A stretch of DNA of 64,000 bases from the human T2T-CHM13v2.0 reference genome, Homo sapiens. Made by a program: the position numbers and the translations under genes. Location: the NCBI RefSeq assembly GCF_009914755.1, contig NC_060936.1. One strand, written 5' to 3'. Below, in pieces: positions 27,267 to 40,085 of this stretch (position 1 is its first letter; every line of letters starts with the position of its first letter). The notes below the pieces were generated by a model, which did not search any database, was not told the DNA's origin, and was given only the letters and a program-made list of their open reading frames with translations.

Positions 27267-27529
27267 CAGGTGGGAGATGTAATGTCTGACCAAGAGAGGA
27301 CTGGGTGCAGAGGAATATGATAGACTCTTTCCTGTGTCAGGGACCTGCCAGCTCAGGCATCCAACCCTCCACTGCCATTGCCATGTCCTCCTCGGGTTCA
27401 TAGTCCCAACTTCATGCAATTGCCTATACCCACACTCCCACTTGCAGTACCTTCTCTTCCATACTACTGGTCTCCTGGCAGCTGTAGGCCATGCCATTGC
27501 CAACAGGGGCTGAAGCAAACTTCTTCTTG

Positions 27530-28430
27530 TTCACTGTATTTTTAGTTTCCAAAAGCTCTAGTTCTCTTATTGTCCTTTTTACATAAGACCCCATTTCTGT
27601 TTTAAAGAAAGATTCTCTTCTCTTATCTCCTTGAGGATATTAACTATGGCTTTTTAGTTTGCTTCTTTTGCTCCATTGACTGCCTTTGTTTTTGTCCAGG
27701 TTTTTTTTTTATGATTATTTTTGTCTGTCACCTAAGTGTCTTTCCTCAAATGTCTACTAATAGTCAGAGATTTGTTCATATGTGAAAATGAGAAGTTGAT
27801 TGGAAGATGAGCATTGATGTGTGTTGGTAAGGGGAGGGTATAAACTTTGCTATCCAGGATTCTAGGAGGAAGCAGGAGAAACAGCCTATTAGTCTTGCAT
27901 TTAAATATGTAGATTTTTGCATAATCCTACTATTCTTAGTCCTTGAACTCTGCCCTACTTTATGCGATGCCTGTAGTCTCTGAATCCAGAGGCTCTTTGT
28001 CTTAGTTTCACTAGGCTAAGCCTCCTATTTCCTCTGATAGATGTGGGTGGGGTAGCTTTCTGACTGCTCAGGGAAGTGGTGGGGACTAGGAAAGTTCAAC
28101 CACTTTGTATATAGATTTTCAACCAATCATATTGTAATCACAGACCTCACCCCATGTTCCAAGCATTCAGCAAGGCAAATTAGATCAATTCTTATAGGTA
28201 TCCCATCTCCAGCAGGCATTTGTTTGGATTCCTATTACTTCTAGGCTGCTAAATCCATAGTATCTTCTTCATTAGTTTGCTCTTTTTCAACTTTTTTTTG
28301 AAATCCTTCATGCACTATTGTCTATGTTCTCTTTGTCCTTATGTGTTGTCTTTTATTCTTATTGATACTTTTATGAAGCTTGTAGAGAGAAGAGCTGATG
28401 GACAAGAACAATCAATCTGCCAAATTTAAG
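27530..28430 (-). mobile_element. HAL1/L1ME 5' fragment (continues the fragment at ~24300-24625)
   Basis: tcttctcttatctccttgaggatattaa and related antisense ORF1-like motifs. Confidence 0.5.
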
Positions 28431-30329
28431 TGTATGGGCTCAATAGTTAACTGTCGATATTTTTAAAACATTGGACAACGTTATAAGTTGGGATATATGG
28501 TTTGAGACAATGTATAATGCCATATATCATATATAGTATTAGAATATACTTTTGGTTTTACATTCAAAATATAATCAGAATTTGAACCAGCTAGCAGCCA
28601 GCATCCTAATCCAGTGACATCATTTGAGACAAAGCACCACCATCTATTATGTAGATTGAAACAATGTTGCAAATGACAGAAGCCAATCTGAATTTACCTT
28701 GATACCTGAAGTCTAGCCAATAGCTGACTTCAGTTCCATACTATACTTGTGGGCATTTGGAAGAGAGATCCTGTCTAATGCTGTTCTAGTCAATGAGTAA
28801 ATGCCTAGGAGTCATATTAAGTAATAGACTTTCGGTTTCCCCCCAAATTTAAATCTGACCTAACAATTCATTTGCCACCTTAATATGTGCTCACCAGCCT
28901 TTCAATTCCCATCCAGGGCTGCCTTCTATGATTGGAGTCTATACCATTGACAACATTGCATATATAATAAGAAAAAGGGGGTACAGAATGTAGGAGAAGA
29001 AAGCTTCCTCAACCTCTGCTGGCAGGAACTATCTTGGCTGATGTATAGAACCATCTTGGCTTGTCTAAACATTAGTGCAGTAACCTTTTGTTGAGTAATC
29101 AGCCTCCTGTAGCTTATTGTGTATCTATAGTTCTAAAATGTGAACCACAAGATCCTGAGAACAGATAACTGATGCAAATACCAAGATTAAGACCTAATCC
29201 CTTCACAGACCACAAGCACAGTTAATGCAACTGGTAGAATATGTTCCGGGAACATGTGAAATACCACTTTGAAGACTCTCAGAAGTGAGACTAATGCTTT
29301 TTTCATAGGTGAGTGGTTAATAGCCCCTGTGTATAGATGAACATGTCGCCTTCCCTTATTTCTAACCCTATTTCTCTAACCACAAACAGGAGAAGCCTCC
29401 CAACAATTAGGTTATACCCATTCTCCCATCCCACTCTTTTTTCTACATAGTCTAAAAGTTCATTCATGTGTAAGCTCCATGCCATCTTGTCCCAAGCTAC
29501 CTACTATTCCATCAGCACATCCTGTTTTTTTATCCCTTTCCCTTTTACATTCTTATTCTTAATATTAAATAGTACCCCCACTTTATCCTTATAAATGCTT
29601 TTTGCCTTGTCTGATATTAACTTAGTTATATCAGCTTTCTTTTGGTCATTTCAAAAAGTGGTATACATATCCTCATCCATTTCTGTGTGGCTTTAATTTA
29701 GGCAAGTAGGTAATTTAACTTGGGTATTGCATGTAAGCAGCATGTGGCTAAAATTTTATTCTTTTTATCCATTTTGATAAAATTTTATATTTTATCTAAT
29801 CTGGTAAAATCTGCCAGGTGAAATTAGTCCAATTGTATTTATCATGGTACTGACATTTTAGAACCTTACAACAATCTTATTTTGTGGTTTCCATTTAATT
29901 GAAGTTTTCCTTAGATTCCATCTTTGTTATCCACTTGATAAACAGTTTTATGCATCCTTTTTTCATCCATGATGACAAACTATATTTTTATAATTTTTTT
30001 GGTGGTTTCCACTAAAATTTTCACATGAATACGTCACTATAATTTTTAACAAAATTTAATAGCATTTCCACCTCCCTTCCCAACCCATCACACCACCTTT
30101 CACAATCCTTTTCTGCACCATAGTATTGTTTAGAGTTTCATTTTATCTTTTATTTTAAACAAATTTTAAACACACTTTATGGACTTTAATTTTTTCAATT
30201 TGCTAGTCAAATTCCAGCAAAAACTGTACTGTACAAGTGCACACTATACAAACTGTACATTTACTGTACATGCACATTATACAAACAAATATACATACCA
30301 CATACTATGCTGTTCTTCACTTCTGTGGA

Positions 30330-30678
30330 TTTGTCCATGCTGGGCCCATCTAGAATGCTTTTCTTTCTCTTCCCCACTTCTCCTACCTCCATTCTTGTTA
30401 TTCACTAATGAACTCCTCATCATCCCTTAAGAAGCATTTCTAGCTTCAACTTTTATAAGCAGTTTTCTCTGATCAGATGCCACTAGCACATTGCTGGGGC
30501 TTCCACAGTTCTTTATATTAAATAATTACATAATCAAATAGTGATTTCATACACTGGACAAATAGTCACATGCAGGTAGTGAATGCATAATTTGTGTTAT
30601 ATACTCTCAGGGCCTGGCACAGTGCTGACATATAGTAATTTCTCAATATGCGCTTGTTGAAAGAAAGAATAAATGAAA
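30330..30678 (+). mobile_element. L2 3' end
   Basis: cagggcctggcacagtgctgacatatagta...ttgttgaaagaaagaataaatgaa terminus. Confidence 0.65.
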
Positions 30679-31401
30679 AGAACTATGGGCTTGCTTAAGG
30701 GTAAAAAGTAATTAGACCCAAATACTTTCAATTAAGATTAGTGGTTATCTACAGCTTCAGAATTAGCCAACCATGAGGAACCCAAGTGAGACTTTAATAA
30801 ATAAACTAGGATTTAAGACTTTAATCGGAAAATAATACTGAAACAGAGAAAGTACAAAATAGAATGTTTGTGTGGGTGTGTGTGTGTACAGACACACGTA
30901 GACATATGCATTTTATTTTGTTCAATTTTTTAAAAATATAACTTCTCACCAGGTTGTGAGGCAAAGCTGGTTCTAGAGATACAATTGATAGGGCCTAAAT
31001 CAAGGATGGAAGAGGGGAGCTCGCAAAGTAACACAGGTAAATAAGAAAACATTAATGGGACTTCACTGAGAAATATCTTTCATTTTTAAAAAGATATAAT
31101 GACACATAAACATTTGTAAAACAAAAGATAGAGTCAAGAAAAATATGAAAAACAGCAAAAATTTAAAGAAAGAGAACATGGATATGAATATTAGGCCATG
31201 ACCATTGAAATCTAACCTTAAAATAGCTGCAGAAAACATCTGAATATTGGAGAAAATTGATAGTCAACATTATAACATTAAGATATCTTTAAATTATGTA
31301 AAACTAAAAGTAACAAAAATGAAAATGAGAAAAATTACATTTGGTGTCAAAGAAGCTGAAGCCAATATTGTGATACGTTCTACTAAAAGCCTTAAATTTC
31401 A

Positions 31402-31720
31402 GTAATACTCTGTCTGCTCAATGCCATTGTGTGGAGAAGCACCCTAATGCATAAGCTTTTTAATGCTGTAAAATATAGTAGCTGAAATTAAATGCCACTT
31501 TTTCAGAGGTGAATTAGTGAACAGCCTGGTGAAATTGAAAAGCTTTTTGATATATAAACTTGATAAATGGGACTATTCTATCGATAAGCAAAAATGTAGC
31601 AACCTATCTAGATGGATAGTATGTAATTTCAGCACAGGTCTCTGTTTAGTAAATACATCACTGTATACTGATCAGGAATCTTGCTCCAATAAAGTAAAAG
31701 ATTTTTTTTGGAAAAAAAAA
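31402..31720 (+). pseudogene. 5'-truncated retrocopy of an unidentified mRNA 3'UTR
   Basis: Non-TE-like sequence ending AATAAA (31688-31693) then an A9 tail (31712-31720); degenerate TSD aaaagccttaaatttca / aaaattcccaaacttca; interrupts an L1/HAL1 ORF1-like host. Confidence 0.55.
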
Positions 31721-31829
31721 TTCCCAAACTTCAAAAGCAAACAGTCAACTATCAGCAAATCAAATTTTAGAAAGCTTCAAACTGCCAATGATAGTGGAGT
31801 GACATATTCAGAACTCTTAAAATGAAAGC

Positions 31830-32190
31830 GTGTGCTATTGTGAATAGTGCCACAACAAACATACGCATGCATGTGTCTTTATGAAAGAACAATTTCCATT
31901 TCTTTGGACATTTACTCAGTAATGAAATTACTGGGTCCAATGGTAGTTCTGTTTTTAAGTCCTTGAGGAATTGCCACACTGTCTTTCACAATGGTAGAAC
32001 TAATTTACACTCCCACCAATAGTGTGTAAGCTTTCCTTTTTCTTTGCAACCTCACCAGCACCTGTTATTTTTTGACTTTTTAATAATAGCTATTCTGACT
32101 GGTGTGAGATGGGATCTCATTGTGATTTTGATTTGCATTTCTCTGATGATCAGTGATGTTGAGCTTTTTTTGCATATGTTTGTTGGCCTT
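31830..32190 (-). mobile_element. L1 ORF2 C-terminal fragment (L1PB/L1MA-like)
   Basis: ORF pieces [39 protein letters not shown] and [20 protein letters not shown] are L1 ORF2p. Confidence 0.85.
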
Positions 32191-33049
32191 CTGAACTTAA
32201 AAGTTAAAAAAAAAAAAAAAGCATGTGACCCAGGACTGCTAGAGTATACTCTCAAGTTGTCCCTACTGCATGGTGGCTGCAGGGGCCTTTCTACTATATA
32301 CCAACATCCAACATCTTTTCCATTCAAATATCTTTCTTCAGAGAACAATAGGGAATGGTATCTAGAATACCAATGACTGAAGGATTACAGGAAAACTCTG
32401 AATAAAATCTTTGGATGTCCTGTAAACTCACTTTAGTGATATGCAAATAATAGCAAGAAGGAGAAGATAAAAGAATTGTCATTAAAAAAGGGTAAAATAC
32501 AAACACCAAGAAGAAGCAGTGGTTGCTGTGGATTTTAAATAATTACAATAATTTTTGGATCAAAGCATGCTTTCAAAAATGTCAGCTCTTCACATATAAG
32601 TCATAAAAAATGAGAAAGAAGAGAGACAGAAAAGATAAAAAGCATAAAACATTTGATGTAAAAACGGTCCAAAAGTATTAGGATTGTTTAGGCAGATGCA
32701 ATTTTTTTGTATTAATGTCATTCGACAAATATCTTTTGTGTATTTACATGCCAGACCTAAGGCGAGGAACAGCACTAGCCAATAGTAATACAGTGATGAA
32801 CAAGGAAGAAAATCCCAACTGCCCTCTCAAGAAAGATAAAAATTGATAGAAACAAACACAAGCAGCAAAGTAAAGCAAAAGATACCCAGAATGCAATGGA
32901 GCATGAAAGAAAGAGACTCAATATTTCTAGCATTACAGGTTAGACCTGAAGACATTTTTATTTTGTTTATATGAAATTTCAGAAATAGAATAGTTACCTC
33001 CTGAGTGATACTAAAATGTGAAAGGAAAACATAATTAGGAAAAGCATCA

Positions 33050-33897
33050 AAATCTTATCCTCTGTCCTGCAACCTTCATTGCCTTAGGAAACTCCTTTAA
33101 AACTTACCTCAAGCATCATCTTACCTCTCTTTTCTCTCAATTTCACAACACATCTACAAATACACATGCCCTAGGGTAATTTCTACATAGCCATGCTGCC
33201 AACCACTTATCACATTTATAGTTACTAATCTTAATCTGTAGTCTCCAGGATCCACAAGGCTTCTTGAAGAAAAAAAGTATGTGTTATTCTACTTCACACC
33301 ACCAGTGTCTGCACAGCCTCTAGCATATTCCAGACAATCATAAATGCTTGTTAAATAAATGGATGTTTGAATGAATGAGTAGCTCTTAAAGAAGAGATTT
33401 AGAGTAGTATCCAAAGTGTAATGGCCAGTATAGCTCAACCTGATATACCTCGTCTGAACCCCCTGACTGCATTTTTTTACTCTGCCAACTTTCTTAGCTC
33501 TAGCCACACTGGCCACCTCACTGCTTTTCAAACACACATGGCACACTCCTCCCCTAGGTCATCTGCACTAGCTGTGCATTATCTTCCAGGTTTTTGTAGA
33601 GTGCATTTTCTCATTTTCAAGTCACTTTCTCAACGCCCAGCTTGAACATTCTACTTCAGATATGCCCATCCTCCTACAGATTTCTCATATCCTGCTCTAT
33701 TTTTTAAACTTTTATATTCAGTCACCTTCTAGCATACTATGTTATTTATTTATGTGTTATGTTTATTATTTACACATATCTTCACACACCCCCATTAGAA
33801 TGTAAGCTCCAAGAGACTTATATTTTTTCACAGGCATGCTTATAACAATGACTGGCACATTATAGATTCTCAATAAATATTTTTTTCATGAGTGAAT
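33050..33897 (+). mobile_element. Two adjacent L2 3' ends
   Basis: Termini gcttgttaaataaatggatg (~33350) and cattagaatgtaagctcc...ctcaataaatattt (~33880). Confidence 0.6.
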
Positions 33898-33969
33898 CCA
33901 AAAAGAAAGTATAACACAATTAAAACAAGATGTGTTTACAAGCCATAGATGTAGCATTAAAATTATAAC

Positions 33970-35862
33970 ATTGAAAATAAAGTACTTATTTTATTTAATA
34001 AAATTAAATAAATTAACCAAGCAGGTGAAAGATCTCTACACTGAAAACTATAAACATTGATGAGATCAACTGAAGAAGACACAAATGAATGGAAAGACAT
34101 CCTATGTTCATGGATTGGAAGAATTAATATTGTTAAAATGTCCTTATGACTCAAAGTGCTCTATAGATTCAATACAATCTCTAGCAACATACCAATGACA
34201 TTCTTCACAGAAATAGAAAAAACATTCCTAAAATTCATATGGAGCCATAGAAGACCCTGAATAGACAAAGCGATCTCGAGCAAAAAGAACAAAGCTGTAA
34301 ACATCACACTATCTGAATTCAAAATATACTACAAAGCTAAAGTAACGAAAACAGCATGGCACTGGCATTAAAAACAGACACATAGACCAATGGAACAAAA
34401 TAGAGAACAAAGAAATAAATCCATCCACTTACAGCCAATTAATTTTTGACAAAGATTTCCAGAACACACAATGGGGAAAGGACAGTCTCCTCAATAACTG
34501 GTGTTGTGACAAATGGATATACATATGCAGAAGAATGACATTATGCCCTTATCTCACACCATATAAAAAATTAACTCAAAATGAATTGCACACTTAAATG
34601 TAACACCCGAAATTATGAAACTACTAGAAGAAAACATACAGGAAAAGCTCCATGACATGGGTCTGGGTGATGACTTTTTTAATATAACCCCTAAAGCACA
34701 GGCAACAAATCATAAAATACAAATCAAATTATATCATGCTAAAGCTTCTGCCTAGTAAAGGAAAATATCAACAGAGTGAATAGAGAATCTACAGAATGGA
34801 AGAAAATAGTTGCAAACTATTTATCTTATCGGGGTTAATACGCAAATTATATAAGGAATTAAAAAAACTTAATAGCAAGAAAACAAATTACCTGATTAAA
34901 AAATGGGCAAAAGACCTCGATAGACTTTCTAAAAAATAAACATGCAAATGACCAACATGTATATGAAAAAAATGCTTAACATGATTAATCATCAGATAAA
35001 ATGCATATTAAAACCTCTCACCTGTTAAAATGACTATTATCAGAAAGACAAAAGATAAGTGTTGGCAAGATTGTGCAGAAAAGGAAACCTTTGCACACTG
35101 TTGGTGGGAATGAAAATTAGTACAGCCATCATGAAAAACAGAATGAAAATTTCTTTAAAAATTAAAAATATAATTACCATATGATCCAGCAATCCCACTA
35201 CTGGGCATATTTGCAAAGGAAATAAAATCAGTAACTTGAAGAGACATTTGTACTTTCATGTTTGTTGCAACACTAGTAACAATAGCCAAGATACGAAATC
35301 AACCTAAGTGTCCATCAACAGATAAATGAATAAACAAATATGGTACATATACATAGTGGAATACTATTCAGGCATAAAAAAGAAGAAAATCCTGTACTTT
35401 GCAACAGCTTGGATGAACCTGGAGGACCTTATGTTAAGTGAAATAAACCAGGCACAGAAATACAAATACTTTGTGGTCTCATTCATACATAAAATCTAAA
35501 AAAGTTGATCTCCTACTAATATAGCATAGAATGGTGGCTACCAGGGCCTAGGGTGGTTGGAGGGTGGGTGGGATGTTGGGGAGATGTTGATCAAAGGTTA
35601 CAAAATTTTAGTTAAAAGGGTGAAAGAAATTCAAGAGATCCGTTGTACAATATGTTGACTATAGTTAATAATATATTGAATTTTTGAAAAATCCTGTGAG
35701 TAGATGTAAAATGTTCTTACCACAAAAATAATACCTATGTGATATAATGCATATGTTAATTAGCTACAGATAGTCATTTCACAATGTGTATATACTTCAA
35801 AACGTCACGTTGTATTAATACATGGCAAATACACACAATTTTATCTGTCAACTTAAAACAAT
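33970..35862 (+). mobile_element. 5'-truncated L1MA (ORF2 3' part and 3'UTR)
   Basis: Continuous L1 ORF2 homology with L1MA-type 3'UTR; TSD ttaaaattataac at 33957-33969 and 35863-35875. Confidence 0.9.
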
Positions 35863-36090
35863 TTAAAATTATAACGGAATGCCAACGTTTCAACATTATT
35901 TATCTAAAAATATAAACTCCATGCAGAATTTAGAAACTTAAAATTGTAAAGGTACAAATTTTTCAAAAAAAGTTAAGCCTGGATTTCAATTCTTCCAGGA
36001 CTTTTCAAGTTTAAGTTTCCCTTCCCACCTACATCAATTTTGTAATGACCTGGGAACCCCATTTCTCCTCTTCTTAAAACACTGACTACA

Positions 36091-36145
36091 AGTATAGTAT
36101 AGTATAGTATAGTATAGTATAGTATAGTATAGTATAGTATAGTAT
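36091..36145. repeat. (AGTAT)11 pentanucleotide microsatellite
   Basis: Perfect tandem array read directly. Confidence 0.98.
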
Positions 36146-36485
36146 ATGGTAACGCACTCTGCTAAAATTTCTCAAGAAAATAGCTACAAAGGAAGATGTA
36201 TTTACTAACAAACTATGTCTGTTACTTTCATGATTAGAATTTATTCCTAGGTCAGGTAAGTCTCAAGCAGAAGGTGAATGACAGGGAGTTGGAAATGGAT
36301 TTGGGGAATAAATAAGTAAGTAGGATGGGGGTTAAGGACTCATCAACCTTTGGATAGTCAGGTTTACACTAAAAACAAAAAGACTACTTTTTCCAGGCAC
36401 TAAGTTCTCTGCAATTAGTAATAGGTGCTATGGCATTGTGTGAAATGAGGAGGCAGGACAGAAACAGCAGAAAGGCAGAGGTGAC

Positions 36486-36924
36486 TGTATTAGTTTGCTA
36501 GGGCTTCCTTAACAAACTACCACAAACTATTCACCTTAAACATAGGTATGTTTATTGTCTTACATTTCTGGAGGCTAGAAGCCTAAAATCAATACGTGGG
36601 CAGGGTTGGTTCTTTCTGAGAGCTGTGAGTGAAAGATCTGACCCAGGACTCTCACCCTGGCTTACAGATGGCCATCTTCACGTTCCTGCGATGTTTTCCC
36701 TGTACCTTTACACAGTCTTCTCCCTGTATATATATTTGTGTCCAAATTTCCCCTCTTAAGACCCCAATCATATTGAATTAGGAACCACCCTCACGACTTC
36801 AGTTTAATTTGCTTAACTCAGTGAAGACTGTATCTCCAAATAAAGTTGCATTCTGAGGCACTGAGACTTAGGATGTCAAAATACAAAATTTGGGGCAGGA
36901 GGTGTTATAATTCAACCAATAACA
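36486..36924 (-). mobile_element. MLT1A/B-type MaLR LTR
   Basis: tgtattagtttgctagggc ... ttcaaccaataaca; TSD gtgac/gtaac. Confidence 0.82.
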
Positions 36925-37365
36925 GTAACTAAAGCCATTTTGCACACCTATGTTCCAAGAACTTTATATTTTGTCTCATTTCATCCCCTCAGTTTTTAAG
37001 GAGAATCACTTTTTGATAACAGAGATCTGAGGCTTATTATTGTGCCTGGCCAAGCGTTTTATTCTGCACAATAATACACTTGACCTCCCTTGAGTGTCTG
37101 TAGTAGGCAAGTCACTAAAGTAGAAATAGAAGACATTCTTAATGAAGTATGAGAACCATATATTTAAAATTTTCTCACCACAAAACTTTCAATGGAAAAT
37201 AAAAATTGATATTGTAACTTGAGGCACTAAATTCAAGGATTTTTTTAGAAATCAAATCCTGAAGCCCATGGTATATTCTTCTAATATTTGTAAAATATTC
37301 ACATTTTGTTTTTTCTCTGAATAAAGTGCAGTCTGTTTTGAGTCCCCATCCCGTAGGCTGGCAGG

Positions 37366-37775
37366 TAGGGCTGGGGCTGGTGTGAGTCAATAGAGGCACC
37401 TGCCCTTTCATGAAAAATTCAAGAGACACCAAAAAATTCAATAGTCAAGATAAATTTTATTTTAATGTTATTAAAAAATAAAAATTGATCCAAAAACTTT
37501 ATGTTGAACAAAATATAAAACATTTAAATATAGACAAGATCAGTATGACAGATTTTTCTTTTGCTTCAGTCTCCAATATAGCTCTGTCCATCACTCTTCC
37601 TGATTCTGTCTTCATCTACAATATTTTGTTCATTTTGGATCTTTTAAAATTAATGTTAACATTTATATATTAAAATATTATTCATTTGATTGCTAAAGGT
37701 GGGGTTTTTTTGGTGCTGCTTTAAATATTATGCATGGGTGTGTGCCTTACTTGCCTCATTGTGACTGTAACCCAG
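37366..37775. mobile_element. MER96B-like palindromic hAT MITE
   Basis: The two halves are inverted copies; perfect 8-bp TSD ctggcagg at 37358-37365 and 37776-37783 (hAT hallmark). Confidence 0.8.
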
Positions 37776-37974
37776 CTGGCAGGACATTCAATATTAATTG
37801 TTCAGGGACTGGGCTTTCCTCTGCCAATGATTGATCCCACAGGGGCCTGGAGATCTCACACAAGTCAGAATATTTGGAGTATGGCCTCTGGTCTTCAATT
37901 CACAATGGTTACTGTAATGAAGTATCATTATTATGAAAACATTCTCTATTATTTGCTATGTTAAAAAAAAGGGG

Positions 37975-39728
37975 GGACAAAAATCTTTCTCAACCCTACA
38001 CTCACCACTAGTTACTGCCCCATAACTCTGTTTCACTTTGAGGTAAAAATCCTCAAAAGGGCCATCTCACAATTATTAAAACCACATTCTCAATTTCGTT
38101 TTCTTTTCTTTTTTTTTTTTTTTTTTTTGAGACAAGGTCTTTCTGTTGTCCAGGCTGGAGTGCAGTGGCATGGTCACGGCTAACTGTACCCTGGATCTCC
38201 TGGGTTCAAGTGATCATCCCACCTCAGCTTCCTGAGAAGCTGGGACTACAGGCCTGTGCCACCATGCCTGACTAATTTTTTTTTATCTTTTTATTTTTTG
38301 TAAAGTCAGGGTCTCACTCTGTTGCCCAGGCTGCTCTCAGACTCCTGGACTCAAGCAATCTGCCCGACTTAGCCTCCCAAAGCACTGGGATTACAGGTGT
38401 GAGCCACCATGCCTGGTCCTCATTTTTCATTTTCTCTTCAAACCAGTCCAATTTGGTTTTTCTCCACCATTTCATGTTGTCAAATCCAGTGACTGCATGT
38501 TTGCCCTCATTTTATTCAACATAGTTTATTATTTCCCATACTTGATTACAGTTTAATTTCTTGGCTTCCATGTCACTATGTTCTTCTGACTTCCCACCCA
38601 CATCCTTGGCCAACCTGTTTCAGCCTTTTTTGTTGGCCACTTTACTCTTATTATAGTTCTAAATGTATTCTAGGGCTCAATCCTTTGCCATCTTTTCTGT
38701 CTATATCATTCCCCAAAGAGCCTCAAGAAGTCTCAAGACTTCAGATGCCACTTATGTACTGATGATTCTGTATCACCAACCCTGGCCTCTTTCCTGAGCT
38801 CTTTACTTATAAATCCAATTACTCATTTGACATTTCTATTTAGAAATGTCTTAACCTATGGATAAAGACTCTTAATCTATGGACAAAGCAAGTGTTTGCT
38901 TTTTCCTCTCAAACCTGTTTCACCACTAATTTTCCCCATTCTTAGTAAATGGCATCACCACCGCCACCCAGTTGCTCATTCTAGCCGTCATGCTTGCTTC
39001 CTCTTTTTCTCTTACAGTACACGGTCCACCTACATGTACTGTTGACACTACCTCTAAAATCACAAATCTAACTACATCTCACCGTCTCCAAAGCTAAAGC
39101 CCTAGCTAGTCCAAATTACCATAATCTCAGACTAGGACTATGGAAGTAGCCCCTTAGTAGGTCTCCTAGCCTCCAGCCCAAATCCGTATCTCTGCTAGCT
39201 TTCAGAGTGATCTTTCCAAAGTACAAACTCAGATCACAGCACTTCTCTGCTTTTCCTTGGGCTTTGACTATAAATCCAAACTCCTTCTTATGGAGTATTA
39301 GGCTTTATATGATCCAATACTTTACTACCTCCCCAATCTCATCTCCTAACATTCTCTTCATCCTAGGGAAACTTTTTTTTCCCTTGAACACACCAAACTC
39401 ATCGGCACTTCAGGGCCTTATTTACTAACTGTTTCTTGTATCTGGAATGCTCTTTCTCCTCTGCTTTGCCTCATTTAGGTCTCAGATAGAATGTCACCAC
39501 CTGTAAGAACTTTCCTATTCACTCTCTGCTCGTACTATTTATTTTTTCTTCTTTTTAAAATGATTTAACTAAATTATCTTATTTGTTTACTTGATTACTA
39601 TCTCCTACCACTATAAATTGAACTGTTTGGGGCAGGCAATTTGTGCATACTGTTCTTGGACGTATCTCTTGAACCTGGAACAATGTCTCATAAAACTACT
39701 CAATAAATATGTGTTGAATGAACGAATG
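37975..39728 (+). mobile_element. Long L2 fragment with 3' terminus, split by an AluJ
   Basis: L2 ORF2 motifs (catgttgtcaaatccagtg, ctcatttgacatttc) and terminus ctcaataaatatgtgttgaatgaacgaatg. Confidence 0.75.
38099..38419 (-). mobile_element. AluJ-like
   Basis: Long T tail and diverged dimer. Confidence 0.9.
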
Positions 39729-40085
39729 GTTAAATTGATAACTGTATGAATTAATAAATTAATTATTCAAGCCCTTATGGTCCCTTGAAGGTGATATCTC
39801 TGAAACCTGGGAGTCATATCTGGGATTAACAGCCTGGGTGCCCGGTGTTTGCCACACAGACACTCTCCTCTGAGGGCCCAGAATCTCCCCAGGCAATTGC
39901 TGCCAGAAAACAGGGAACATGGCTCTATGCCCTCAGAACCAGAAACACTCTTCCCTTTTCTGTCTTGGAAGAAACTCTCAAAAGTTTTCTTTTCCACTCT
40001 AGGTGGGCCTATATCTATTAGAACCTACTCAAGAAAACTCACATACACATGCACACACACACACACACACACACAGATAGGTAAG

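Noticed and set aside
36241-36261. ttcctag|gtcag|gtaagt perfect plus-strand donor / microexon-like motif
   Set aside because: No convincing partner acceptor or pyrimidine tract; isolated 9-mers are expected in 64 kb.
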